DNA of 60,501 nt, filler included. It is 5 parts of 5 records of this genome, joined end to end, with 100 filler letters (N's around TTAATTAATTAA, not from the genome) between each part and the next. Parts side by side here need not be neighbours in the genome. Positions count along the whole stretch, not along the records: positions 1 to 21,961 come from DRR723986_60431; 4 more parts are not named here. One strand, 5' to 3'. Positions 1 through 10,408 of this stretch are shown here, piece by piece; within the stretch, counting starts at the first letter, position 1, and every line of letters starts with the position of its first letter. The position numbers were made by a program, and so were the translations under genes. The notes beneath the pieces are model-generated. The model ran no database searches. It was not told the DNA's origin and saw only the letters and a list, made by a program, of their open reading frames with translations.

Positions 1-1
1 C

Positions 2-1126
2 TTCGTTTGGTGGGTTGGTATTGGTCACGCTGGTACTCTTATTTCAGCAGTACTTTTACTTTTCAGACAGAAGTGGAGAACTTCAATTAACAGAGCTGCA
101 GAAGCGATGACTATTTTCGCGGTTATCTGTGCGGCAATGTTCCCGGTTCTTCACATGGGTCGTCCATGGTTAGGAGCTTATTGGGCACTTCCACTTCCAA
201 ACGTATTTGGATCACTTTGGGTAAACTTTAACTCCCCACTACTTTGGGATGTGTTTGCGATCTCGACTTACTTCTCTGTATCACTTGTATTCTGGTATAT
301 TGGTTTGATTCCTGATTTCGCGACAATTAGAGATAGAGCTACTGGTTTAAGAAAGATTATTTACGGAGCACTTTCATTTGGTTGGGATGGCGCAGCAAAA
401 TCCTGGAGCAGATACGAATCAGTTTCCTTGATCCTTGCAGGTTTGGCTACTCCACTGGTACTTTCTGTACACACGATTGTATCCTTTGACTTTGCAACTT
501 CAGTAATACCAGGATGGCACACGACTATCTTCCCTCCATACTTTGTGGCGGGTGCGATTTTCTCAGGCTTCGCGATGGTATTGACGCTGATGATTGTAAC
601 TCGTAAGGTCTACAAACTGGAAGATTACATTACAATGGGTCACATCGAATTGATGAACATTGTAATTATCATCACAGGATCTATCGTAGGTATTGCATAC
701 ATCACCGAGTTTTTCATTGCTTGGTATTCAGGTGTAGAAGCAGAGCAATATGCATTCATTAACCGTGCTACAGGGCCTTACTGGTGGGCATATTGGTCAA
801 TGATGACATGTAACGTTATTTCTCCACAGCTTTTCTGGTTTAAGAAAATCCGTACATCCATCGTAGCTACCTTCGCTTTGTCTATCGTAGTGAACATCGG
901 TATGTGGTTTGAAAGATTTGTAATCATCGTAACCTCTCTACACAGAGATTATCTTCCATCTTCTTGGGCGATGTTCTATCCAACTTGGGCAGATGTAGGA
1001 GTTTACCTATTCACATTTGGTTTGTTCTTCACTTTGTTCTTCTTGTTTGCCAAATTCTTCCCGGTAATCAACATGGCAGAAGTGAAATCTGTATTGAAGT
1101 CTTCATCTGATAAAGTGCATAAATAA
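2..1126 (+). CDS. actC: Alternative complex III subunit ActC (NrfD/PsrC family), 5'-partial
   Basis: Frame is open from position 2 ([16 protein letters not shown]...), upstream of the track's ATG at 107. Motifs [40 protein letters not shown]. Confidence 0.95.
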   Translation, partial: FVWWVGIGHAGTLISAVLLLFRQKWRTSINRAAEAMTIFAVICAAMFPVLHMGRPWLGAYWALPLPNVFGSLWVNFNSPLLWDVFAISTYFSVSLVFWYIGLIPDFATIRDRATGLRKIIYGALSFGWDGAAKSWSRYESVSLILAGLATPLVLSVHTIVSFDFATSVIPGWHTTIFPPYFVAGAIFSGFAMVLTLMIVTRKVYKLEDYITMGHIELMNIVIIITGSIVGIAYITEFFIAWYSGVEAEQYAFINRATGPYWWAYWSMMTCNVISPQLFWFKKIRTSIVATFALSIVVNIGMWFERFVIIVTSLHRDYLPSSWAMFYPTWADVGVYLFTFGLFFTLFFLFAKFFPVINMAEVKSVLKSSSDKVHK

Positions 1127-1128
1127 TC

Positions 1129-1659
1129 ATGGAAAGAGATACACATTTTGTTACTGGAGTTTATGAAGACGAGGATGTATTGCTTCAGGCAATCACCCAA
1201 GTAAGGTCTTCAGGTATTAAAATCCATGAGGTCTATTCACCATACCCTGTTCACGGGATAGATGATTACCTCGGATATAAAAGAAGTAAGTTGCCAATTG
1301 CAGCTTTCTTATTCGGATTGCTTGGAACTACTTTGGCTTTGACCATGCAGTTTTACATGATGAAGTTTGACTGGCCAATGATCATTGGTGGTAAGGATTA
1401 TGGCGCTTTTCCTGACTTTATTCCTGTTACATTCGAATTGACTGTCTTGTTGGCATCATTCGGAATGGTAGGCGTATTTATGGTAAGTACTAACCTGAAG
1501 CCTTGGGCACAACCTAGAATCTTTGATTTAAGAATCACTGACGATAAGCATGTGATGGCAATTGACATAGCAAATAACTCAGCTATGGAATTGGCAAAGA
1601 TTGAAGAGATATTGAAATCTTCTGGAGCATCAGAGGTTAATAAAAAAAGTTTTGAATAG
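1129..1659 (+). CDS. actD: Alternative complex III subunit ActD (DUF3341)
   Basis: YSPYPVHG and WPMIIGGK...FIPVTFELTVL motifs, two TM helices, directly after actC. Confidence 0.92.
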   Translation: MERDTHFVTGVYEDEDVLLQAITQVRSSGIKIHEVYSPYPVHGIDDYLGYKRSKLPIAAFLFGLLGTTLALTMQFYMMKFDWPMIIGGKDYGAFPDFIPVTFELTVLLASFGMVGVFMVSTNLKPWAQPRIFDLRITDDKHVMAIDIANNSAMELAKIEEILKSSGASEVNKKSFE

Positions 1660-1672
1660 TAAATCTGGAAAA

Positions 1673-2377
1673 ATGAAGATTGCTAAGACACTAAGTATTT
1701 TAGGGATTGCAGCAGCAGGGATTGCCCTTGCGGGCTGTAGAGCCGGAGGCGAAAATCAAGGCTTGGAATATGCCCCTCAGATGTATCACTCGGTAGCCTA
1801 CGAACCATTGACTCAAATCATGGATTCAGAGACTAAGGGAGATTTGATCTCTACCCGAGAAGATGGAAAGGGAGAATATTTTAACAGTAATATCAACAAC
1901 CCTCACAATATGAATATGCGAGAGCCTGTTGCCAATACTGTTCCTAGAAATAAACAAGGCTATTTGCCGTATCGCTACAAGGCTTTTGAAATAGAGGAAG
2001 CCGGTGCTACGATGAAAAACCCTATAGAGCTATCTGATGAAGTGCTTACAGATGGTAAAAGATTATACCAACTTTACTGTACTCCCTGTCATGGAACAGG
2101 TGGCATGGGTGATGGCAAAGTCGGAGAAATCATTGGTGGTGTTGCTAACTTGACAGGTGGCGCCTATGTTGGACTTTCCGAAGGTCATATTTTTCACGTG
2201 ATCACTAAAGGTAAAGGCAGAATGGGAGCTCATGGATCTCAGATTACACCAGAAAACAGATGGAAAATTGTTCACTACGTGAAACAAGAAATCCAAGGTG
2301 GTCAGAATGCTGATAATGCAGTAGCAGTAGTAGCGGAAGACCAAGATGTTACACAACTAGAAACTCCAGCTAATTAA
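1673..2377 (+). CDS. actE: Alternative complex III monoheme cytochrome c lipoprotein ActE
   Basis: Lipobox ALAG-C, YAPQMYHSVAYEP motif, one CxxCH (CTPCH), distal Met in GRMGAH. ATG 1673 preferred over TTG 1652. Confidence 0.9.
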   Translation: MKIAKTLSILGIAAAGIALAGCRAGGENQGLEYAPQMYHSVAYEPLTQIMDSETKGDLISTREDGKGEYFNSNINNPHNMNMREPVANTVPRNKQGYLPYRYKAFEIEEAGATMKNPIELSDEVLTDGKRLYQLYCTPCHGTGGMGDGKVGEIIGGVANLTGGAYVGLSEGHIFHVITKGKGRMGAHGSQITPENRWKIVHYVKQEIQGGQNADNAVAVVAEDQDVTQLETPAN

Positions 2378-2379
2378 TT

Positions 2380-3672
2380 ATGGCTCATCACGTACAACAC
2401 TTTAATCTGGATCAGAAGTTTGATTTCACCGATGCTATTAAGAAAATCGTTTTTACGGTTTTGGGTATTGGTGCTGCATTGCTAGTCATTGGTATTTTAA
2501 TGGCGGTGTTTGGTGGTGGTCACCACGAAGCAGCTGAAGCAGAAGGACATGCTTTTCATTGGTATGAGCGACTTTACGCTAACTTGTGGATAAACAATGT
2601 TTACTTCACAGGTATTGCTATTATCGGTGTATTCTTTTTCGCTATTCAATATGCTGCTCAGGCAGGGTGGTCTACGGCTATCATTCGAGTTATGCTTTCT
2701 CTTGGTAACTGGTTGCCAATAGCAGGGATCTTGATGATCGTTACCTTCTTTATAGCAAATCACGATTTGTTCCATTGGACTCACGCTTATCTATTTGATA
2801 AGTCCTCTCCGGAATACGATAGCATAATCGATGGAAAAGGTTCATTCTTCTATTGGCCTATGGCAAAAGGAACATTCCCAATATTCTACATCTTTAGAAT
2901 GGTATTGTTCTTTGGATTCTGGGTATTCTTTTTCAAGAAATTCCAACAATTCACTTACAATGAAGACATCATCGGTGGCACTTCTTCCTGGTACAAAATC
3001 AGAAGCTGGTCAGCCTTTTTCTTGATCTTCTTTGCTGTATCTTCTTCGATAGCTGCATGGGATTGGGTGATGTCCATTGACACGCACTGGTTCTCTACAC
3101 TATTTGGCTGGTATGTATTCTCATCTTGGTTTGTTGCAGGTTTGTCTGCGATTACTTTGATCACGATCTTCCTGAAGAGCCAAGGCTTGTTGGAGATGGT
3201 CAATGAGAATCACGTTCATGATTTGGGTAAATTCATCTTTGGGTTCACCATTTTCTGGACTTACCTATGGTTTTCTCAGTTCCTGTTGATCTATTATGCC
3301 AACATTCCTGAAGAGACTGTGTACTTCATTGAAAGATTGTCAAGCGATATTTATGGTCCTTTCATATTTGTGAACTTGGGGCTAAACTTTGTCCTTCCTT
3401 TCTTGTTATTAATGACAAGAGATTCTAAAAGACATGGAGTATTCTTGAAACTGGTTTGTGCTCTAATCATCGCTGGTCACTGGGTGGATTTCTTCCTAAT
3501 GGTTCAGCCTGGTACTTTAGGACACAATGGAGGAGTTGGGTTTATGGAAGTAGGTATGTTCTTGGTATATGGAGCTGCATTCACATTCGTAGTTCTTTCT
3601 GGATTGGCAAAAGGGAACCTAGTTCCTAAAAACCATCCAATGCTTGAAGAAAGCTATAATCATCACATTTAA
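2380..3672 (+). CDS. actF: Alternative complex III subunit ActF
   Basis: Polytopic NrfD-like protein with WDWVMSIDTHWFST, HDLGKF and YYANIPEET motifs; position in operon. Confidence 0.92.
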   Translation: MAHHVQHFNLDQKFDFTDAIKKIVFTVLGIGAALLVIGILMAVFGGGHHEAAEAEGHAFHWYERLYANLWINNVYFTGIAIIGVFFFAIQYAAQAGWSTAIIRVMLSLGNWLPIAGILMIVTFFIANHDLFHWTHAYLFDKSSPEYDSIIDGKGSFFYWPMAKGTFPIFYIFRMVLFFGFWVFFFKKFQQFTYNEDIIGGTSSWYKIRSWSAFFLIFFAVSSSIAAWDWVMSIDTHWFSTLFGWYVFSSWFVAGLSAITLITIFLKSQGLLEMVNENHVHDLGKFIFGFTIFWTYLWFSQFLLIYYANIPEETVYFIERLSSDIYGPFIFVNLGLNFVLPFLLLMTRDSKRHGVFLKLVCALIIAGHWVDFFLMVQPGTLGHNGGVGFMEVGMFLVYGAAFTFVVLSGLAKGNLVPKNHPMLEESYNHHI

Positions 3673-3694
3673 TAACAGCCGAAATAATTAAGGT

Positions 3695-4726
3695 ATGTAC
3701 GGATTTCTGATTGGAGTAGGGGTTCTTTTGATATTTTCCATAATATGGATGGTCTATCGAATCCAAACATTAGTCTCAGTTGTAAAAGGATCGGATAAAA
3801 AGATCGCATCAGGGAGTAATAAGGTTAATGCTATATTATTTATCGTTTTCCTGGTAGCAGGAGGAGCTTTAATGTTCTGGTATTCTATCAAAGAATTTGA
3901 TAATTATCAGTTGCCAATTGCATCAGAGCATGGCGTGATTACAGATTCTTTGTTTTGGTGGTCAATGGGTGTGACTGGTATAGTTTTCTTGATCACTCAT
4001 ATATTGCTTTTCATTTTCCCATACAAATATCAATACAGCGAGAAGCGTAAGGCATCCTTTTATCCTGACAACAATAAGCTCGAGGTAATCTGGACAATCG
4101 TTCCAGCAATCGTTCTTGCAGGTTTGGTGATTTCAGGTTGGGTAGCTTGGTCGGATATTACTGCTCCTGCTCCTGAAAATGCCCATACTATAGAGATTAT
4201 GGGGTATCAGTTTGCTTGGGAAGTGAGATATCCTGGTAAAGACAATGTATTAGGAGACTATGATTATCGATTAATCACAGCTACTAATTCACATGGGATA
4301 GATTTCTCAGATAAAAACTCTGTTGATGATTTTCCATCTCCTGTAGTAGTAATTCCTAAAGGGGAGCCTGTGCTCTTTAAAATCAGAGCAAGGGATGTGC
4401 TTCATTCAGTATTCGCCCCTCATATGAGATTGAAAATGGATGCTGTACCTGGCATGCCAACTCGTTTTTGGTTTGTCCCTACCAAGACAACTGCTGAAAT
4501 GAGAGAAGAGACAGGAAATCCGGATTTCAATTATGAGATTGCTTGTACAGAAATTTGTGGAAGAGGTCATTTCTCTATGAGAAAAGTAATCGAGGTAGTA
4601 GAGCCTGAGGCTTATCAGAAGTGGTATGCGGAGCAGAGATCTTTTATCCAAATGAATCCAGCTTTGGCTTCTGGCGTGTCTGCGGAGGTAAAGGAAGTAG
4701 CAGAAGTTCAATTAACTGAAAAGTAA
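3695..4726 (+). CDS. coxB: Cytochrome c oxidase subunit II
   Basis: LEVIWTIVP; CuA ligands DVLHS and CTEICGRGHFSM; no CxxCH, so aa3 rather than caa3. Confidence 0.96.
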   Translation: MYGFLIGVGVLLIFSIIWMVYRIQTLVSVVKGSDKKIASGSNKVNAILFIVFLVAGGALMFWYSIKEFDNYQLPIASEHGVITDSLFWWSMGVTGIVFLITHILLFIFPYKYQYSEKRKASFYPDNNKLEVIWTIVPAIVLAGLVISGWVAWSDITAPAPENAHTIEIMGYQFAWEVRYPGKDNVLGDYDYRLITATNSHGIDFSDKNSVDDFPSPVVVIPKGEPVLFKIRARDVLHSVFAPHMRLKMDAVPGMPTRFWFVPTKTTAEMREETGNPDFNYEIACTEICGRGHFSMRKVIEVVEPEAYQKWYAEQRSFIQMNPALASGVSAEVKEVAEVQLTEK

Positions 4727-4744
4727 CAAACAAAATTATAGATT

Positions 4745-6628
4745 ATGTCAACAGCATCTGTCGCAAATCATGACGCAGCCCACGATCATCACGATCATGA
4801 GCATCATGATAATTTTGTAACGAAATATATCTTCTCTCAAGATCACAAAATGATCGCAAAACAGTACTTGGTTACTGGTATGTTTTGGGCTCTTATAGGT
4901 GGATTACTTTCTATCCTATTTAGATTACAATTGGGTTTTCCAGAAATGGATATGTCTTTCCTTCGTCCAATTCTTGGAGGTTGGATAGATGAAGCAGGGA
5001 AATTGGATCCTACATTCTACTTGGCATTAGTTACAATGCACGGTACCATAATGGTATTCTTTGTATTGACAGCAGGTTTGAGTGGGACATTTTCCAATTT
5101 CTTGATTCCATTGCAAATTGGAGCGAGAGATATGGCTTCTGGATTTATGAATATGCTATCGTACTGGTTGTTTTTCCTTTCCGGTGTGATCATGTTTATT
5201 TCACTTTTCCTAAAAACTGGTCCTGCTGCAGGTGGATGGGTGGTATATCCACCGCTTTCAGCTTTGGAGCAAGCTATTCCAGGTTCAGGCTTGGGGATGA
5301 CTCTTTGGTTGGTAGCGATGACTTTCTTTATTGCTTCCTCTCTGATGGGGGGTATCAATTACATCACCACAGTGATTAACTTGAGAACAAAAGGAATGTC
5401 TTTCTCTAAACTTCCTTTGACTATCTGGGCTTTCTTCTTGACAGCTGTGATCGGCCTTTTGTCCTTTCCAGTATTATTTGCAGCAGCATTGTTACTTGTA
5501 TTTGACAGAAGCTTTGGTACTTCATTTTACCTTTCTGATATCTATATCGGTGGGGAAGCACTTCCAAACACCGGCGGTAGCCCAGTATTGTACCAGCATT
5601 TATTCTGGTTCTTAGGCCACCCTGAAGTTTACATCGTATTGCTTCCTGCTTTGGGTATTACCTCTGAAGTAATTGCTACCAACTCAAGAAAGCCAATCTT
5701 CGGGTACAAAGCGATGATTATATCTTTGCTAGGTATCACTGTTCTTTCCTTCGTGGTTTGGGCTCACCATATGTTCGTATCAGGTATGAATCCATTCCTT
5801 GGATCTATCTTTATGTTCTTGACCTTGATCATCGCAGTGCCTTCAGCAGTAAAAGTATTTAACTACTTGACAACGCTTTGGAGAGGTAACTTGATCTTCA
5901 CTCCTGCGATGTTGTTCTCGATAGGTCTAGTTTCCTTCTTTATTTCCGGTGGTTTGACTGGTATTTTCTTGGGGAACTCAGCTATTGATATCCAATTGCA
6001 CGACACTTATTTTGTAGTAGCTCACTTCCACTTAGTGATGGGGTCTGCGTCCTTTTTCGGAATGATAGCGGGTGTTTACCACTGGTTCCCAAAAATGTTC
6101 GGAAGAATGATGGATGCCAAATTGGGTTACATTCACTTCTGGATAACTTTTGTAGGAGTTTACATGGTATTCTTCCCTATGCACTACATAGGTATTGCAG
6201 GCTTCCCAAGAAGATATTACAGCTGGACAAACTTTGAGTTTGCCAATATGTACACTGATTTGAACATGTTTGTATCTGTTGCTGCTATTATCACCTTTAG
6301 CGCTCAGTTCATATTCTTGTTCAATTTCTTCTACTCAATGTATAAAGGTAGAAAAGCCACACTTAACCCTTGGAGATCTAATACGCTTGAGTGGACTACA
6401 CCAGTAGAACCAGGGCATGGTAACTGGCCAGGTGAAATTCCTGCAGTTTATAGATGGCCATATGACTACTCTAAGCCAGGTGCTGAAGAGGATTTCATCC
6501 CACAGACAGTACCTCTTTCTGCAACTCCTGAATCCAACCTTCCTCATGAGCAAGAATTGGTGAAAGTGGAGTTGGAAATTATGAAGGAAGAAGAGGAAGT
6601 TTTGGTCTCAAATGAAACAAGTCACTAA
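4745..6628 (+). CDS. ctaD: Cytochrome c oxidase subunit I (A1-type)
   Basis: TMHGTIM, WFLGHPEVY, WAHHM, HDTYFVVAHFH, GFPRRY motifs. Confidence 0.98.
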   Translation: MSTASVANHDAAHDHHDHEHHDNFVTKYIFSQDHKMIAKQYLVTGMFWALIGGLLSILFRLQLGFPEMDMSFLRPILGGWIDEAGKLDPTFYLALVTMHGTIMVFFVLTAGLSGTFSNFLIPLQIGARDMASGFMNMLSYWLFFLSGVIMFISLFLKTGPAAGGWVVYPPLSALEQAIPGSGLGMTLWLVAMTFFIASSLMGGINYITTVINLRTKGMSFSKLPLTIWAFFLTAVIGLLSFPVLFAAALLLVFDRSFGTSFYLSDIYIGGEALPNTGGSPVLYQHLFWFLGHPEVYIVLLPALGITSEVIATNSRKPIFGYKAMIISLLGITVLSFVVWAHHMFVSGMNPFLGSIFMFLTLIIAVPSAVKVFNYLTTLWRGNLIFTPAMLFSIGLVSFFISGGLTGIFLGNSAIDIQLHDTYFVVAHFHLVMGSASFFGMIAGVYHWFPKMFGRMMDAKLGYIHFWITFVGVYMVFFPMHYIGIAGFPRRYYSWTNFEFANMYTDLNMFVSVAAIITFSAQFIFLFNFFYSMYKGRKATLNPWRSNTLEWTTPVEPGHGNWPGEIPAVYRWPYDYSKPGAEEDFIPQTVPLSATPESNLPHEQELVKVELEIMKEEEEVLVSNETSH

Positions 6629-7688
6629 TAAATCAATAAGCAGCTTTCGTCGTGTTAATTTAATCACGGTGATAGCTGTTTATATACTGATTCTAATTGG
6701 TGGAATAGTAAGGAGCACCGGTTCTGGTATGGGGTGCCCTGATTGGCCAAAATGTTTTGGAAGTGTGATTCCCCCAACGAATGTGGATCAACTTCCTTCA
6801 AATTATCAGGAGATTTATCTCAATAAAAGATTGGCTAAGAACGAAAGGTTCGTGGCAACACTTGAAAAATTAGGATTCTCAAAAAAGGCTAAGGAGATAG
6901 CTAATGATAAATCCATTCTGATCGAAGAGGAATTTAATGCAGTAAAGACCTGGATAGAATACCTGAATAGATTGGCTGGAGTTGTAATTGGTCTATTGAT
7001 CGTTTTGACTGTATGGAAATCATTTCCCCTCAGAAAAGCAGATCGTTGGATTACAATTTTATCTGTTTTCAATCTAGTCTTAGTCATTTTCATTGGATGG
7101 ATTGGTTCCATTGTAGTGTCTACTAATTTGCTGCATTGGATGATTACTTTCCACATGATATTGGCTTTGCTTCTCGTTTCACTTTTGATCTATGTTTATC
7201 ATAGGTCGGGTAAGTTGATTGCGGGTCCGGGAGTGAAGATGGATGTGCCAAAAAGAATTGAACTAGTGCTATTTATCGGGACGGTATTAATGGTAGTTCA
7301 GATTGTTTTAGGCACTCAGGTACGAGAACAGATAGATGTTATCTCTTCTTCTTTAGGTAATATGCTTAGAGATGAGTGGATAGGAAGAGTGGGCTTGGAT
7401 TTTCTTATTCATAGATCATTTTCCTTAATTCTACTAGGAATCCATGTCTTATATTTCTTTTGGGCATTTAAATATACCCTAAGAAAGTCTCAAGTTAATC
7501 TTTGGTCTCAGCTCTTGATGATTTTGATTATACTGGAAATAGCTACAGGAATGGGAATGGCGTACTTTGGTATTCCTGCCTTTCTTCAGCCGATTCATCT
7601 CTTATTAGGTTCTTTGATTATAGGGGTTCAGGTTATTTTACTTCTTGAAATCAAAGAAAACATTCAGTTTCGATTAAATACAAATTGA
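6612..7688 (+). CDS. ctaA: Heme A synthase (COX15/CtaA family)
   Basis: GGIVRSTGSGMGCPDWPKCFG, about 8 TM helices, conserved His in FHM, IHR and IHL; overlaps subunit I gene by 17 nt. Confidence 0.9.
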   Translation: MKQVTNKSISSFRRVNLITVIAVYILILIGGIVRSTGSGMGCPDWPKCFGSVIPPTNVDQLPSNYQEIYLNKRLAKNERFVATLEKLGFSKKAKEIANDKSILIEEEFNAVKTWIEYLNRLAGVVIGLLIVLTVWKSFPLRKADRWITILSVFNLVLVIFIGWIGSIVVSTNLLHWMITFHMILALLLVSLLIYVYHRSGKLIAGPGVKMDVPKRIELVLFIGTVLMVVQIVLGTQVREQIDVISSSLGNMLRDEWIGRVGLDFLIHRSFSLILLGIHVLYFFWAFKYTLRKSQVNLWSQLLMILIILEIATGMGMAYFGIPAFLQPIHLLLGSLIIGVQVILLLEIKENIQFRLNTN

Positions 7689-8593
7689 TCATGAGGACAG
7701 TTTCAGTAACTGACCATAGTAGTAGTTTAGTGATAAGCAAATTGAAGGCTTACGCTGAGTTGATTAAATTAAGGCTTTCAGCTTTGGTTACCTTTTCTGC
7801 TGTATTTGGTTATATACTTGGTGATCGTGGTGTTAGTTTCGGGTGGTCTGGGTTTTTAGGCTTAGCTCTAGGCGGCTTCTTGATTAGCGGTGCATCCTGT
7901 GCTGCTAATGAAATTTTAGAGCGTGATCTGGATAAGCTAATGAAGCGTACTCAAAATCGTCCTCTTCCATTAAAACTTATTTCCTTACAAGAAGCCCTTT
8001 GGGTGACCTCCCTAGTCGCAGTGATTGGTGTCGGGTTGCTTTGGTACTTTACTAACCCCTTGACTACATGGCTAGGTGTATTGAGCATGGTCCTTTATGT
8101 CTTTGTTTATACTCCGTTAAAACGTGTAGGTCCTGTAGCAGTATTTGTAGGTGCGATCCCGGGAGCACTTCCTCCTTTGTTAGGGTGGACTGCAGCGACT
8201 GGTTCTATAACCCATGAAGCCTTGATAATTTTTGGGATTCAATTCATCTGGCAATTCCCGCACTTCTGGGCAATCGCTTGGGTGGGGGATGAAGACTATA
8301 AGGCTGCAGGATTTAAGTTACTACCCAGTGGTGGCGGGAAAGACCTCAATACAGCAATTCAAATTATGATATACACTTTGTTCTTGTTACCTCTAGGATT
8401 GCTCCCAAGCTATTTTGGACTTACAGGGATGACATCAGGTATAGTAGCCACCGTTTGTGGGGTGTTGTTTTTGGCTCAGACTTTCTCTTTAATGAAAGAC
8501 TGTTCGCGTAAATCAGCTTTACGAATAATGTTTGGTTCCTTTTTGTATTTGCCAATTGTGCAGATTGCTTACCTCTTAGATAAATTACCTTAA
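7685..8593 (+). CDS. cyoE: Protoheme IX farnesyltransferase (heme O synthase)
   Basis: DLDKLMKRTQNRPLP, YTPLKR, GAIPGALPPLLGW, WQFPHFWAI. True start may be ATG 7691. Confidence 0.96.
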   Translation: MIMRTVSVTDHSSSLVISKLKAYAELIKLRLSALVTFSAVFGYILGDRGVSFGWSGFLGLALGGFLISGASCAANEILERDLDKLMKRTQNRPLPLKLISLQEALWVTSLVAVIGVGLLWYFTNPLTTWLGVLSMVLYVFVYTPLKRVGPVAVFVGAIPGALPPLLGWTAATGSITHEALIIFGIQFIWQFPHFWAIAWVGDEDYKAAGFKLLPSGGGKDLNTAIQIMIYTLFLLPLGLLPSYFGLTGMTSGIVATVCGVLFLAQTFSLMKDCSRKSALRIMFGSFLYLPIVQIAYLLDKLP

Positions 8594-8595
8594 GA

Positions 8596-9177
8596 ATGGA
8601 AAAGGAACTTAAATACGTAGATATGGTTGAGCAGCCCATTGCAATGCATCCTAAAAAGTTTGCATTATGGCTGTTCCTAGTGACCGTTGTGATGATCTTT
8701 GCTGCCCTTACTAGCGCCTATATAGTTCGGCAATCTGAGGGGAATTGGTTGGAATATGAGCTCCCTACCATTTTCTGGTATAGCTCAGGAATAGTTGTAA
8801 TTAGTAGCATTTGCCTTCAGTATGCTTATTCAGCTGCTAAAAAAGATAATTTTGTAGGACTTAGGGCAGGCCTTAGTTTGGCAGTGCTGTTTGGTATCGC
8901 TTTCCTTGTTAGTCAATGGTACAGCTGGGTAGCCTTAGTTGATGAAAATGTGTTTTTCGTTGGCAATCCTTCGGGATCATTTCTCTATGTATTCACGGGA
9001 TTGCATGCTGTTCACTTAATCAGCGGTGTGATATTTCTGATTATTGTATTAATTTCGACCTACAGATATAAAGTGCATTCCAAGTCTATGGATACACTTG
9101 AAATGGCAACTACTTTCTGGCATTTTCTAGCTGCATTGTGGTTATATCTATTTATGTTTTTGCTTTTGAATCATTAA
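8596..9177 (+). CDS. Cytochrome c oxidase subunit III (first of two)
   Basis: LWLFL...FAAL..AY, TGLHAVH and FWHF motifs. Confidence 0.92.
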   Translation: MEKELKYVDMVEQPIAMHPKKFALWLFLVTVVMIFAALTSAYIVRQSEGNWLEYELPTIFWYSSGIVVISSICLQYAYSAAKKDNFVGLRAGLSLAVLFGIAFLVSQWYSWVALVDENVFFVGNPSGSFLYVFTGLHAVHLISGVIFLIIVLISTYRYKVHSKSMDTLEMATTFWHFLAALWLYLFMFLLLNH

Positions 9178-9204
9178 AATAAACCAAGTACAAATTAATA
9201 TCTT

Positions 9205-9981
9205 ATGTCTGCGCATTCTACTGCTATAGGAGTAAGCTCGAAAAGAGGCGTTTGGGGAGGTGGTAATGAACCTCTCAAAGCTAGCTATGGAAAACTCATG
9301 ATGTGGTTTTTCCTTCTTTCTGATATCTTTACTTTTGCCGCTTTTTTGATTACCTATCTTGCCATTCGGGTAAGTTATCCGGCTTATGCTGGCCCTGCCA
9401 CTGAGTTTGTGGGGTCTAATGAGTACTGGCCAATACCTGAATTGGTTTTTGATGCTATTCCATTTGTACATGGAGTTCATGCACCGCTTGTATTCGTAGG
9501 TATAATGACTTTTATTTTGATTGCAAGCTCTGTTACTATGGTGTTGGCTGTAGAAGCTGGACACCGGAATGACAGAAATGATGTAGTAAAATGGATGCTA
9601 TGGACGCTAGTAGGAGGTATTACTTTCCTAAGCTGTCAGGCATGGGAGTGGAGTCACTTCATTCACGGATCTGAAAATGGTGTTGTTTTAAATTATATCA
9701 ATGGAATTAGCCAAAATGTAACAGAAACTGTATTTGGTGCAAACCTGTTGGTAAATGAATATGGACCTGCTTCCTTTGCAAACCTATTCTTCTTCATTAC
9801 GGGATTCCACGGTTTCCACGTAACCATAGGTGTTATCCTCCTATTTATGGTGTTTTACCAAGCTGCAGTGGGCGTTTACGATAGAAGAGGTCACTACGAG
9901 ATGGTTGAAAAAGTCGGATTGTACTGGCACTTTGTAGATCTTGTTTGGGTCTTTGTATTTACTTTATTCTACCTGATCTAA
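9205..9981 (+). CDS. Cytochrome c oxidase subunit III (second of two)
   Basis: MMWFFLLSD, TGFHGFHV and LYWHFVDLVW motifs. Confidence 0.93.
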   Translation: MSAHSTAIGVSSKRGVWGGGNEPLKASYGKLMMWFFLLSDIFTFAAFLITYLAIRVSYPAYAGPATEFVGSNEYWPIPELVFDAIPFVHGVHAPLVFVGIMTFILIASSVTMVLAVEAGHRNDRNDVVKWMLWTLVGGITFLSCQAWEWSHFIHGSENGVVLNYINGISQNVTETVFGANLLVNEYGPASFANLFFFITGFHGFHVTIGVILLFMVFYQAAVGVYDRRGHYEMVEKVGLYWHFVDLVWVFVFTLFYLI

Positions 9982-9999
9982 GCTATAACAATTAGAATT

Positions 10000-10332
10000 A
10001 TGGATATTCAAGAAAATAAATCAACGCTTAACGTAGTTCCAAGGAACAACGATAAGATTAAGAAAATCTGGAAGACTGCTTTGATTTTGCTAGCTATAAC
10101 TGCTGCAGAATTCGTAATGGCTTTCACAATGCCTAGAGGAATCATCCTTTATGTATTGTTCATGGCATTGACAATATGGAAAGCTAAATATATCATCATG
10201 CAATTCATGCACCTTGGTGATGAAGTGAAGCCATTGATCTATTCTATTCTGGTCCCTATCGCATTCTTGTTTTGGCTGATCATTGTCTTAATCAAAGAAG
10301 GCTCGGATATATTCAACATGCGTTGGTTCTAA
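10000..10332 (+). CDS. Cytochrome c oxidase subunit IV family protein
   Basis: Three TM helices, KAKYII..FMHL..E motif, last structural gene of the oxidase block. Confidence 0.88.
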   Translation: MDIQENKSTLNVVPRNNDKIKKIWKTALILLAITAAEFVMAFTMPRGIILYVLFMALTIWKAKYIIMQFMHLGDEVKPLIYSILVPIAFLFWLIIVLIKEGSDIFNMRWF

Positions 10333-10353
10333 ACAGAGTTTAAAAGATATTTT

Positions 10354-10394
10354 AAAAGGAAGGTTGAAGTGAGAAACTTTGACCTTCCTTTTTT
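10354..10394 (+). terminator. Rho-independent terminator
   Basis: AAAAGGAAGGTTGAAGT / ACTTTGACCTTCCTTTT stem ending in a T run, just after the subunit IV stop. Confidence 0.8.
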
Positions 10395-10408
10395 GTTAAA
10401 TCACTAAT

